Assembly (NCBI GenBank): GCA_001824255.1
Contig: MHWQ01000002.1
Location: forward strand, 205,446-269,445
Reading direction: 5' to 3'
DNA: 64,000 nucleotides
Source of the DNA: Candidatus Zambryskibacteria bacterium RIFCSPLOWO2_02_FULL_51_21
GTDB taxonomy: Bacteria > Patescibacteriota > Minisyncoccia > Phycocordibacterales > Zambryskibacteraceae
Shown here: piece after piece, positions 21,232-30,101 of the stretch
Layout: each line of letters begins with the position of its first letter
Position numbering within the stretch: position 1 is the stretch's first letter
Notes under the pieces: model-generated
Told to the model about the DNA's origin: nothing
Seen by the model: only the letters and a program-made list of their open reading frames with translations
Databases searched by the model: none
Program-made: the position numbers and the translations under genes

Positions 21232-22194
21232 TTATTTCAAAGTAATGCCGTATTCACCGAGCGCTTTCCTGATTTCCTGGATGCCCTTGGCGCCAAGACC
21301 CTCTATCTCGAGAAGGTCTTTCTCCTTCTTCCTGGCAAGACCCCCGACGGTCCTGATGTTCGCGTCCGCGAGAGCATGCTGGGCTCTGGAGCTGATGTCG
21401 AGAGACTCGACTCTGGTCTTAAGCACTTCTGGGTCAACTTCCGAACGGGCCGCCACGGGCGCGCTGATTGTCGCCTTCGGTTCCTCTTCCGAAGGCAGCT
21501 CTTCCTTGAAGCCGACAACCGCCTTGAGCTGGTTAATCATAACCTCGATAGCATAGGTAAGAGCCTCGGTCGGAGTGATGGTGCCGTCCGTCTCGATCGA
21601 GATGCGGAGTTTGTTGAAGTCGGTCCTGTCGCCGACGCGCATGTTCTCGACTTCGTAGCTCGCGCGGCGGATGGGAGTGAAGATGCCGTCAAGCGCTATA
21701 GTGCCGATATCGACGCGGGACTTGTCGATCATTTCCTTCGGCATGAAGCCGAGGCCCTTCTCGGCCCTAATCTCCATATCAATCGAAGCCGATTTGGAAG
21801 TGAGAGTGGCCAAGCTCACATTCGGAGTGAGAATCTCCACCTGTCCGGGCACCTCGAGGTCCTTGGCGGTGAGCGCCTTCTCACCCTTGGCCTTGAGATA
21901 AAGCGTCTGCGGTTCGTCAGTGGTGAAGCGCATGCGAACCTTTTTAAGATTAAGGAGGATGGTTACCACATCCTCCTTGACTCCGTCGAGCGTCGAGAAT
22001 TCGTGAGAAACGCCGGCAATCTTGACCGAGGTAATGGCCACTCCGGGAAGCGAGGAGAGAATGATGCGCCTCAGACTGTTGCCGAGCGTGTGGCCGTAGC
22101 CCGGGTAAAGGCCCTCAATTTCGAAGATTCCACTTTCTCCCTCTTCTGAAACCACTCGGGGCTTCGAGGGCAGATGTATTGTGTAGTCGGCCAT
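21232..22194 (-). CDS. rpoA: DNA-directed RNA polymerase subunit alpha
   Basis: NTD dimerisation motifs and CTD helix-hairpin-helix; position between rpsD and rplQ. Confidence 0.9.
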   Translation of the reverse strand: MADYTIHLPSKPRVVSEEGESGIFEIEGLYPGYGHTLGNSLRRIILSSLPGVAITSVKIAGVSHEFSTLDGVKEDVVTILLNLKKVRMRFTTDEPQTLYLKAKGEKALTAKDLEVPGQVEILTPNVSLATLTSKSASIDMEIRAEKGLGFMPKEMIDKSRVDIGTIALDGIFTPIRRASYEVENMRVGDRTDFNKLRISIETDGTITPTEALTYAIEVMINQLKAVVGFKEELPSEEEPKATISAPVAARSEVDPEVLKTRVESLDISSRAQHALADANIRTVGGLARKKEKDLLEIEGLGAKGIQEIRKALGEYGITLK

Positions 22195-22218
22195 AAAATA
22201 TTGAAATTTAATGTTAAT

Positions 22219-22824
22219 TTACCTGTTATAGAACTCGATTACCACTCCCAGGTCGAAGAGATGCTCCGACGGCAGGTACACCGGCTCTCCCGCGACTGCG
22301 ACTGTCTTCTTCTCGGGGTCTGCCGTGAGCCACTCCGGGACGGTGAGAGCCTTCATTCTCTCCACTGCTTCGCCGAACAATGGCGAATCCGCGGAGCCGG
22401 CGCGCAAAGACACGACATCTCCGGCTGTAAGATGGATGGACGGAATAGTGACTTTCTTCCCGTTCACCAGCGTGTGCCCGTGGCTTGCCATCTGTCTCGC
22501 GCCGGCCCGCGTCTTGGCGAGGCCCGCGCGGTAGAGCACGTTGTCGAGACGCGTCTCGAGGAGAGCAAAGAGTTTCTGCACTGGCGTTGCTGAGGAAAGC
22601 GCCTTGTCCACATACACACGAAACTGTCTCTCGGTCAGACCGTAAGACAGCCTGGCCTTCTGCTTCTCGATGAGCGCCGTGCCGTACTCGCTCTTCTGCC
22701 GGCCGCGGCGCGGACCAGTCTTCTCTTTGCGCGAAAGAGAGAGAGCGTACTTGGCCGTCTGAGTCTTCTCGAAAATGGGAGCTCCAAGGCGGCGGGCTAT
22801 TTTGTATTTCGGTCCTATTTTCAT
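22219..22824 (-). CDS. rpsD: 30S ribosomal protein S4
   Basis: N-terminal MKIGPKYKIARRLG; S4 domain. Confidence 0.9.
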   Translation of the reverse strand: MKIGPKYKIARRLGAPIFEKTQTAKYALSLSRKEKTGPRRGRQKSEYGTALIEKQKARLSYGLTERQFRVYVDKALSSATPVQKLFALLETRLDNVLYRAGLAKTRAGARQMASHGHTLVNGKKVTIPSIHLTAGDVVSLRAGSADSPLFGEAVERMKALTVPEWLTADPEKKTVAVAGEPVYLPSEHLFDLGVVIEFYNR

Positions 22825-22825
22825 A

Positions 22826-23281
22826 TTAATTTCTTCGGGGCTTAGGCGGCTTGGGGCCGTTGTGAGGCACCGGTGTCATATCCTGGATGGAAGTGAGATT
22901 GATACCCTTGGAAATGAAGCCTCTGATAGCCGACTCCCGGCCCGAACCGACCCCTTTGACCACGACTCTCACTTCCTTCACCCCCAGAGTGGCAGCCACG
23001 GCAGCGAGTGTCTCCCCCACCTTGGCGGCGGCGAAGGGTGTGCCCTTCTTTGCCCCCTTGAAACCAAGCGCCCCGGAGGAAGACCAGGCGAGCGTCCCGC
23101 CCTTATTGTCGGTGAGAGCGAGCTTGGTATTGTTATAAGTCGATTCTACGCAGAGAACGCCTGAGTCAACTCGACGCTTGGAAGATTTCTTGGCTTCGGC
23201 GGCGGGCGCGGCTCCTGCCACAACCTCTCCAGTTGTCTTGTCGGGGACCTCTTCTGCTGTAACGATTTTTTTCTTACCCAT
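22826..23281 (-). CDS. rpsK: 30S ribosomal protein S11
   Basis: S11 core motifs; operon position. Confidence 0.9.
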   Translation of the reverse strand: MGKKKIVTAEEVPDKTTGEVVAGAAPAAEAKKSSKRRVDSGVLCVESTYNNTKLALTDNKGGTLAWSSSGALGFKGAKKGTPFAAAKVGETLAAVAATLGVKEVRVVVKGVGSGRESAIRGFISKGINLTSIQDMTPVPHNGPKPPKPRRN

Positions 23282-23292
23282 GCGTATTTAAA

Positions 23293-23676
23293 TTACTTCT
23301 TTTCCGCAATCTTCCTGCCCGTGCCCATGGTCTTCCTGCCGCGGTAAGGACGAGTGGTGCGGGAGTTCGACTTGGTGCGCTGTCCTTTGGTCGGAAGATT
23401 TCTTTGGTGTCTAACGCCGCGGTAGGCCTTGATGTCCTTCAAGCGCTTGACGTTCGCGGCCACTTCGCGCTTCAGGTCTCCTTCGAGCTGGAGCGATTCG
23501 ATGATGGCGCGGATTTTGTTCTCTTGTTCGACTGTAGTTTCCTTTCCTTTGGTGGCGTAAGGGACCTTGGCTTCATCAAGAACCTTCCTTGCGCGGGAAC
23601 GCCCGACTCCGTATAGGGTGGTCAGGCCGATTTCAAGACGCTTTTCCTCTGGAATGGTGATGCCGAGTAATCTCAT
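23293..23676 (-). CDS. rpsM: 30S ribosomal protein S13
   Basis: MRLLGITIP... N-terminus, R/K-rich tail. Confidence 0.9.
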   Translation of the reverse strand: MRLLGITIPEEKRLEIGLTTLYGVGRSRARKVLDEAKVPYATKGKETTVEQENKIRAIIESLQLEGDLKREVAANVKRLKDIKAYRGVRHQRNLPTKGQRTKSNSRTTRPYRGRKTMGTGRKIAEKK

Positions 23677-23792
23677 TAACCTTGTCTTTGTTTATGGCGG
23701 GGGTTGCCCTTGCAAACAACGTAAACATAGCCCTTCCTGCGGACTATCTGGCACTTTGAACACAATTTTCTTACCGCCGCCTTTACTTTCAT
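23676..23792 (-). CDS. rpmJ: 50S ribosomal protein L36 (38 aa; below ORF-track size cut-off)
   Basis: Manual translation [38 protein letters not shown] with C-x2-C...C-x4-H zinc ribbon; stop TAA overlaps rpsM ATG (TAATG). Confidence 0.85.
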   Translation of the reverse strand: MKVKAAVRKLCSKCQIVRRKGYVYVVCKGNPRHKQRQG

Positions 23793-23841
23793 GACGAATA
23801 GGCATTGTAACCCAACCTCGAAATTTTGGCAAGGTTTTGGC

Positions 23842-24060
23842 CTATAGTCGCTTAGTTATGCGGGCTTTACCGCCATATGGGTCCATTTCCATGATGACTT
23901 TGTCGCCCACCAGGACGCGGATTCTGTGCAGACGCATTTTGCCGGAGAGGTAAGCGAGAATCGGCTCGCCACCCTCTTCCAACTGCACTCGAAACATGAT
24001 GTTCGGGAGCGATTCCGTCACGACACCGGTCTTTTCTATCGGCTGATTATTATTTGCCAT
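23842..24060 (-). CDS. infA: Translation initiation factor IF-1
   Basis: S1-like OB fold, 72 aa, typical IF-1 sequence. Confidence 0.9.
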   Translation of the reverse strand: MANNNQPIEKTGVVTESLPNIMFRVQLEEGGEPILAYLSGKMRLHRIRVLVGDKVIMEMDPYGGKARITKRL

Positions 24061-25374
24061 TTACTGGGCAGGGAGTTTAACGACCTTTATCTTATCCGGT
24101 TTGTCGGGAAGCGAACTTTTCCAGAAAGGTCTGACCGTAATATTGGCGGCGGCAATGGTCGGGTAATTGTTGAGAATGCCCTGCACTTCGCTTTTGTTAT
24201 GACCGGCAAGGTCAGCTTTGAGCGCCACTTCGTCCGTAAGCCATACCACTTGCGCGGCGCCAGTAATCTTGAAGGAAATATCGCTCGATGAGAGAAGGTC
24301 CTCGGGCACCGCGGAGGCGAACGAGATATTGAGCGGAGAGTAGTCCGTAATTCCCACCGGTTCGGCCGGGCCTATGCCGAGTTTCTTCACGGCAAGGAAG
24401 CTCGCGAGGTCGCTTCTCTTGAACATTACCCCGTAGAAATGTCCTCTCATGTTCAAAACAACGCTCGCACCGGAGCCGGCTGTCTGCGGCAAGTCTTCGA
24501 AATCGAAGGTAGAGAGCGAGCGGAAAAGGACGAAGTCTTCCGGCACTTCCGCCTCGGCCTCGGTGTAGAGTTCCTCTTTGAGTGAAGCTTGGAGTGAAGA
24601 TTTGGCCACGACCAAATCTTCCGATTTGACCACTTTCTCCTTGCCTATGAAGCCGGCGGCGATAGGCGTCTTCGACCTGGCGTAGACGGACTCGAAGCGC
24701 GGAGTGCCCTTAAGACCTGGCACGGTGAAGTCGGTCGGAGCGCTGTTGTATGCTTCGCCTGCTTGGTCAGCGTACACCGTCGCTTCGACGCTGCCCGGCT
24801 GTGCCGAACCGCTGACCGTTTTCTTGGCTGGCACGGTTATGGGCTTATCTATGCGGTAAATTTTCCCGGCCGAAGATTCGAAACGCGTATTCACCACCAG
24901 GCGCTGAGCTTCCGCGCTGTCGTTATAAACGATGATGACGCCCGAGGCCTTCCTGCTCACGTCCTGCTCTCCGCCGGCGGCGGCGGCCATGCCCTTATCC
25001 CGGGAAAGTTTGACTACGCTGTAGAAAAGGCCGTTCGTTCCGGACTTGTGCGCGGTGTAAACATCTTCCTTGAAAGCGAGTGCGGCTGACTTGGGCGTGT
25101 AGCTCAAGGTCGCGCCGTTGAAGAAAGACAGGGCGGCAAAAACAAGTATAAGAAAGGCCACAATACTAGCCCAAAAGATTCTTTTCCTCGACCCTCTTCT
25201 GTGTCTAGGTATAGGGGTACGGACGGGCGGCAGTCCCGGTTCCGATTCTTCTTCCGGCCTTTTTGTATCTTGTATCTTGGTTCTTGCTTCCTTTCTCCTG
25301 CTTTCCGGAACAGGAATATCCCGGATGCTCCTTTTTCTGTCCGGAATGACAATATCCTCGATTTTTTTCGGCAT
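24061..25374 (-). CDS. Hypothetical membrane-anchored protein with disordered basic N-terminus and large extracytoplasmic domain
   Basis: ORF track; about 70 aa charged/Pro-rich N-terminus, single TM (IFWASIVAFLILVFAALSFF), 350 aa beta-rich region. Confidence 0.6.
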   Translation of the reverse strand: MPKKIEDIVIPDRKRSIRDIPVPESRRKEARTKIQDTKRPEEESEPGLPPVRTPIPRHRRGSRKRIFWASIVAFLILVFAALSFFNGATLSYTPKSAALAFKEDVYTAHKSGTNGLFYSVVKLSRDKGMAAAAGGEQDVSRKASGVIIVYNDSAEAQRLVVNTRFESSAGKIYRIDKPITVPAKKTVSGSAQPGSVEATVYADQAGEAYNSAPTDFTVPGLKGTPRFESVYARSKTPIAAGFIGKEKVVKSEDLVVAKSSLQASLKEELYTEAEAEVPEDFVLFRSLSTFDFEDLPQTAGSGASVVLNMRGHFYGVMFKRSDLASFLAVKKLGIGPAEPVGITDYSPLNISFASAVPEDLLSSSDISFKITGAAQVVWLTDEVALKADLAGHNKSEVQGILNNYPTIAAANITVRPFWKSSLPDKPDKIKVVKLPAQ

Positions 25375-25378
25375 AAGA

Positions 25379-26914
25379 CTATTCTAACACAGCTTTTATG
25401 CGACGCACGCCGGCGGAGGAGGATTCTTCGTTGGTAATGCGGAAATGTCCAAGCTCGGCGGTAGAATTCACGTGCGGCCCGCCGCAGAATTCTTTCGAGT
25501 AATCACCGATAGAATAGACGCTTACCTCCTCCGGATACTTCTGGTCGAAGAAGTGCCGGGCGCCGATTTTTTCTGCCTCAGCTTTCGGCATGACAGCCTT
25601 ATTCACAGGTAGAGCTTCGGAAATCTTCTCGTTCACAATCTCTTCGACCTTCTTCTTTTCTTCTTCCGTCAGTTTGCGTTGGAAGGAAAAGTCGAATCGC
25701 AGCCGCTCCGGCGTAATGTTGCTGCCTTTTTGCATCACTTCATCTCCGAGCACATCGTGAAGCGCCTGGTGCAAGAGGTGTGTGGCGGTATGAAGCTTAA
25801 CCTCCATCTCCCCGTGCCCCGCAAGCCCGCCTTTGAATTTTTGCTCTGCACCTGCACGGGAGATTTCCTTATGTTGTTTGAATTTTTCCGCAAAATCTTT
25901 TTCATCGACTTCCACGCCAAGTTCTTTGATTAATTCGACCGGAAATCCATAGGAAGTAAACAATACGAAGGGGTCTTCTCCTTCTTTCAACTTCTTCAAA
26001 CCGGCTTCCAGAGTCTCGTCAAACTTGTTTGATTCTTGTTTAAAGACTTCGGACTCAACCGGTATTTCGAGCTGGTAACGATTTTTATACAAAAGGACGC
26101 GTCGCATGAGCCTGCGCAGAACATAACCCTGGTCTTTGTTGGAAGGAATTAGACCTTCTTCAAGCAGGGCATTGATGGCGCGGGAGTGGTCAGCCACAAT
26201 TCCCTCTTCGCGAGTTTTAGGGTGGGAGGGGAAAAGATCGGTTTCGAAAAGATTGGAAACATTTTGCGAAACCATTGTGAGGCGTTCCAGGCCCATGCCC
26301 GTATCAATGCCTTTTATATCGAGCGGCTTGAGTGATTTGTCGCGGTTGCAATAAAACTCGTTGAAAACAATGTTCCAAATCTCAATGCCGTTCACGTAAA
26401 TCTCGGTCGTCGGACCGCAAGGTCCCTCCTCTCCCGTTGGGCCCCAGAAATTATCTTCTCTGCCGGCTTTTCTTATTTCCAGACTTGAATCAATCGATTT
26501 CCAAATCTCCGCCGATTCTTTGTCTTCCGGCACGCCCGGTTCGCCGGCAAAAACAGAGACGTAATCAATCTTTAATCCCATCTCTCTCGTAATAAATTCG
26601 TGCGCGTACTCAATCGCCTCCTTCTTCCAGTATCCGCCGAAGGAGAAGTTGCCGAGCATCTCGAAGAAGGTCAGGTGGCTTTCATCCCCCACCTCGTCAA
26701 TATCAGAGGTGCGAACGCATTTCTGGACCGAAGCGACGTTTTTGCCATACGGCGATTCCTTGCCGAGATAGTAGGGCTTGAACTGCTGCATCCCGGCCGT
26801 AGTGAAGAGCACGGACGAATCCCCTTCCGGCACAAGCGGAGACGACGGCACTACTTTGTGCCCCTTGCTTTCGAAAAATTTTAGAAATTTATCCCGTATT
26901 TCAGAAGACAACAT
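25379..26914 (-). CDS. alaS: Alanine--tRNA ligase, compact form (catalytic, partial tRNA-recognition and editing domains; no C-Ala domain)
   Basis: N-terminal AlaRS signature, editing HxxxH...CxxxH (HTATHLLHQALH...CGGPHV); only 511 aa. Confidence 0.85.
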   Translation of the reverse strand: MLSSEIRDKFLKFFESKGHKVVPSSPLVPEGDSSVLFTTAGMQQFKPYYLGKESPYGKNVASVQKCVRTSDIDEVGDESHLTFFEMLGNFSFGGYWKKEAIEYAHEFITREMGLKIDYVSVFAGEPGVPEDKESAEIWKSIDSSLEIRKAGREDNFWGPTGEEGPCGPTTEIYVNGIEIWNIVFNEFYCNRDKSLKPLDIKGIDTGMGLERLTMVSQNVSNLFETDLFPSHPKTREEGIVADHSRAINALLEEGLIPSNKDQGYVLRRLMRRVLLYKNRYQLEIPVESEVFKQESNKFDETLEAGLKKLKEGEDPFVLFTSYGFPVELIKELGVEVDEKDFAEKFKQHKEISRAGAEQKFKGGLAGHGEMEVKLHTATHLLHQALHDVLGDEVMQKGSNITPERLRFDFSFQRKLTEEEKKKVEEIVNEKISEALPVNKAVMPKAEAEKIGARHFFDQKYPEEVSVYSIGDYSKEFCGGPHVNSTAELGHFRITNEESSSAGVRRIKAVLE

Positions 26915-27157
26915 GGAAAGAATATACCATATTTATAAACGAAACGGCCCCTCACCATCGGGTGAAGGGCCAGGGAGCTATGCCAGGACGGAACGTGGCG
27001 AGCCGCGTGACGTAGCGGCCCCAGTCACCCCCGAGTTCCTGCAAGAACCGACGAAGACGATGCAGCCGATAACGAACGGGCGCGCGCCGGATCGTATAGT
27101 CCATGCGGTCTCCTTTGTAATCTTTCCCTATTATCCCACAACCCTACAAATTTGCAA
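26915..27157 (-). promoter_or_regulatory. alaS 5' leader: promoter (TTGCAA-N16-GATAAT) plus about 200 nt GC-rich structured region with alternative antiterminator pairing; candidate T-box-like or attenuator riboswitch
   Basis: -35 at 27152-27157, -10 at 27130-27135 on minus strand; upstream GGGUGA-CU-GGGGCC is complementary to the 5' arm of the terminator. Confidence 0.4.
26933..26971 (-). terminator. Intrinsic terminator/attenuator hairpin in alaS leader, about 20 nt before start codon
   Basis: 11 bp stem GGCCCUUCACC-CGAU-GGUGAGGGGCC followed by GUUUCGUUUAU on minus strand. Confidence 0.55.
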
Positions 27158-27725
27158 GCGCTTTGAAATCCTCCTTGAGAGTACTCATGAGATGCTGGTT
27201 ATAGATAGCCGCCGCGGGGTGGTAAAGAGGAATGAATTTAAATCCTTCCGCCTGGAAAACTTGGCCGTGAAGTTTTGAAATAGTGTCGAGTTCGAAGTCG
27301 AGACCGTAGTGGGTCATGACGTAAGCCATGGAAAATCGCCCGAGCGTGGCAATAATTTTCGGCTGAATTATTTTGATTTGCCTGTCGAGAAACGGCGCGT
27401 ACGCCGCGATTTCATCCGGCAAGGGGTCGCGGTTGCCCGGCGGGCGGTCTTTTACAATATTGGTGACATACACATCTTTCCTCTCGATGCCGACACTCTG
27501 TAGAAGGTCGTCCAGCACTTTTCCAGCCCTTCCGCAGAAGGGCCGGCCGGTCTTGGCCTCATTCTCTCCCGGCGCCTCGCCCACGAACATGATGTCCGCC
27601 CTATGATTCCCTTCGCCAATGACCGGAAAATATTTATTCTCCACCCTCTCGGCATAAAGCGGCGAGGAAACGAGATTCAAAATTTCGTTTTTTATTTTCT
27701 TAAGCTCCTCTTCCCTTTCATCCAT
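27144..27725 (-). CDS. Uracil-DNA glycosylase, family 4
   Basis: GEAPGENEAKTGRPFCGRAGKVLD motif. Confidence 0.85.
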   Translation of the reverse strand: MDEREEELKKIKNEILNLVSSPLYAERVENKYFPVIGEGNHRADIMFVGEAPGENEAKTGRPFCGRAGKVLDDLLQSVGIERKDVYVTNIVKDRPPGNRDPLPDEIAAYAPFLDRQIKIIQPKIIATLGRFSMAYVMTHYGLDFELDTISKLHGQVFQAEGFKFIPLYHPAAAIYNQHLMSTLKEDFKALANL

Positions 27726-28137
27726 CGCGCCTGTTTGGAATTAATTTGTGTTCTATGAACCAGAATAGCGTGAAGGCGATAAGTGTGGCGAGAGTGGCGA
27801 AAACCGCGAGCGAGATAAGTCCGTAGCCCGCCGCCATGCCGATGCCGGCCGCCACCCAGAGCCCGGCCGCCGTAGTGAGCCCCTGCAGAGTCGAGTCTTT
27901 GAAAACAATCACTCCGCCGCAGAGGAAGCCGATGCCCATGACAACGCCCGCCGCAATACGCATAGGGTCGTAGTTGAAAGTCTCAACGGTCGGGATGATG
28001 TATTTCGCAATAGTAATAAAGAGGGCCGAACCCATCGAGACGAGGCCAAAGGTTCTCACCCCCGCGCTCTTGTGGGCGATGGAGCGTTCGAGGCCGAGAA
28101 GCGAACCGAGCATGAGCGCCAGCAGAAGATTTATCAT
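27718..28137 (-). CDS. mgtC: MgtC/SapB family membrane protein
   Basis: MgtC N-terminal domain signature, 4 TM. Confidence 0.75.
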   Translation of the reverse strand: MINLLLALMLGSLLGLERSIAHKSAGVRTFGLVSMGSALFITIAKYIIPTVETFNYDPMRIAAGVVMGIGFLCGGVIVFKDSTLQGLTTAAGLWVAAGIGMAAGYGLISLAVFATLATLIAFTLFWFIEHKLIPNRRDG

Positions 28138-29009
28138 TTAAGTTCGTTTATTTCATTAATAACCTGTTCCGGCGCGAAGCCGGGACCTAAAATTTTGCCA
28201 AGCATTTCCGGATGCTCCTTAATCTTCGAGCAGAGCACTACTCCGCCGGCGAGTAATTGTGTCTTCTCGGTGTCGGAAAGAGTGGTAAGACAAGTCACGG
28301 GGTGGAGACCTTCTTCTTCTATCATATCCTGGAGATTGCCCTTCTCCGGATAATTCCAGCCGATAAGGGTCATCGAATTGCATTCCGCGTAGTGTATGGC
28401 GGTCGAGGAAAACTTGGTGTTGGTGACAAGCCAGCCGTCGCTTATTTTCCTGTTCCTGCCGCCGTAATCGTAGACATTGTCCTTGAGGTCGTCGAAGCGC
28501 GCCTTGACATAAAGCACCACCTTGAGGTCGGACTTGGTGCCGAGCTCGTTGTGGAACTTGGCTTCAATCATGATGAGCTTCTTCTCGTTCCAGGCCACCA
28601 CATCCACTTCGTGCGGCACACAGCCGCCGATAACCGTCTGGCGGGTGGCGCACTCATAGCCCTTGGCTCGGAGAACTTCCGCCACGAAATCTTCGAACGG
28701 AAAGCCGGAAGGCCCCAAGTCCATGACCGCGCGGCGGAGCGAATAGCTTCTCGCCGCGTGGCGGGAGAGACCGGCGAGAATCTTGAAGGCATGGCGATAG
28801 ATGTCGTGCGTCGACATGCCGCTTTTGAGTTCCGGCACAAGGTGAGTTAGAACCTTTTCGGCCTCTTCGACGGACGCGCCAGAATTAAGAAGCGAGAAAC
28901 GCAGTTTCTCGGGGTCGAAAGCTTCGTGCTTACCGCTCGCCTTAACGATGGTTATCGTATTGGCGCCGAGCACCTTCTCTTCTTTCTCCAATTCCGCCGT
29001 ATTTGGCAT
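28134..29009 (-). CDS. ATP-cone domain fused to Mrr-like PD-(D/E)xK nuclease domain protein
   Basis: ATP-cone consensus (ITIVKASGKHEAFDPEKL...), then nuclease core with D-x-D...E-A-K motif (EVDVVAW...IEAKF). Confidence 0.6.
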   Translation of the reverse strand: MPNTAELEKEEKVLGANTITIVKASGKHEAFDPEKLRFSLLNSGASVEEAEKVLTHLVPELKSGMSTHDIYRHAFKILAGLSRHAARSYSLRRAVMDLGPSGFPFEDFVAEVLRAKGYECATRQTVIGGCVPHEVDVVAWNEKKLIMIEAKFHNELGTKSDLKVVLYVKARFDDLKDNVYDYGGRNRKISDGWLVTNTKFSSTAIHYAECNSMTLIGWNYPEKGNLQDMIEEEGLHPVTCLTTLSDTEKTQLLAGGVVLCSKIKEHPEMLGKILGPGFAPEQVINEINELK

Positions 29010-29021
29010 GAAAATATTATA

Positions 29022-30101
29022 TCAGGAAATAATTTTATCCATTATTCCGCCGCCGAGGAGGTTGCCGTTCTCATAAAAGACCAGCGATTGGCCGAGGGAA
29101 AGACCCCGAACAGGGGTCTTGAATTCCACAGACAACCTGCGACCGACAACTGACAACCTTATCGGCAGTTTTTCGCCGCGATAACGGACTTGACCTGTGA
29201 GCTCGGGCGATTCGGGCTCCCTAATCCAGTTCACGTTTTTCAGAATAATTTTTCTCGGGGAGAATTCGAGAATCTCCGACTCTTCGTCCGAAACGACGAG
29301 AGTGTTCGTGTCCGCATCCTTCGCCACTATGTAGAACGGCCCGTTGTCGGCTCCTTTCTGTGTCACTTCGAATCCTTTGCGCTCGCCCACGGTGTAGTAA
29401 GGAAGCCCGTCGTGCCGGCCGATTACCGCTCCTTCCGTATTCATAACCTTGCCTCTCTTCGCTTTTACATAATGCGAGAGAAATTCTTCCATGGAAACAT
29501 TGCCCATGAAGCAGATGCCCTGGCTGTCCTTCTTCTCGGCGACCGGCAGGTTGTATTTCTTGGCTAATTTTCTCACTTCCGATTTTTCCATGTGGCCAAC
29601 CGGAAAAATAGTGTGGGAAAAATCGTCCGGAGTAAGCATCCAGAGGAAATACGATTGGTCTTTCTCGCCGGAGAGATAATGCCCAGTCGCGATGAAGTCC
29701 GCACCAAGCTCCTTCGCTTTATTCCAGAAGACGCCGAACTTAATCTCCTTGTTGCAAAGTACGTCCGGGTTGGGCGTACGGCCGGCTTTGTACTCGGCAA
29801 TCATCTTATCCACGACATCTTTCTTGTATTCCGCTTCCGCGTCGAGGAAAAGGAATGGTATACCGAGAGTGAGGCATATTTTCATCGCATCCCTTCTCTC
29901 CTCTCTCCAGGTGCAAGAAAGCCACTCCGGCTGCCAGGCGCGTATAAAGACTCCCGTCACGTCGTAACCCTGCTCCTTGAGCAGAGCCGCCGAAACGGCG
30001 GAATCCACGCCACCGGAAAGTCCGACGAAAACCCTCGGGCGTAGCCCTATGGGCAAGTCCTTAGTTCGAGAGATATTTCGCGATATTGGCTTTGTGTTCA
30101 T
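29022..30101 (-). CDS. mnmA: tRNA-specific 2-thiouridylase
   Basis: PP-loop SGGVDS, conserved Cys residues, full length. Confidence 0.9.
   Translation of the reverse strand: MNTKPISRNISRTKDLPIGLRPRVFVGLSGGVDSAVSAALLKEQGYDVTGVFIRAWQPEWLSCTWREERRDAMKICLTLGIPFLFLDAEAEYKKDVVDKMIAEYKAGRTPNPDVLCNKEIKFGVFWNKAKELGADFIATGHYLSGEKDQSYFLWMLTPDDFSHTIFPVGHMEKSEVRKLAKKYNLPVAEKKDSQGICFMGNVSMEEFLSHYVKAKRGKVMNTEGAVIGRHDGLPYYTVGERKGFEVTQKGADNGPFYIVAKDADTNTLVVSDEESEILEFSPRKIILKNVNWIREPESPELTGQVRYRGEKLPIRLSVVGRRLSVEFKTPVRGLSLGQSLVFYENGNLLGGGIMDKIIS

Noticed and set aside
20986-22149. 387 aa plus-strand ORF antisense to rplQ/rpoA
   Set aside because: Shadow of ribosomal/RNAP operon.
26940-27100. Possible SRP RNA or T-box consensus sequence in the alaS leader
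   Set aside because: Could not find the GGAAGGAAGCAGC domain-IV motif of SRP RNA nor an exact AAUUAGGGUGGUACCGCG T-box sequence; kept only as generic attenuator or candidate riboswitch.
26778-27278. 166 aa plus-strand ORF spanning the alaS leader and the UDG 3' end
   Set aside because: No RBS, overlaps two minus-strand genes and the structured leader; the GC-rich open frame is better explained as RNA structure on the other strand.
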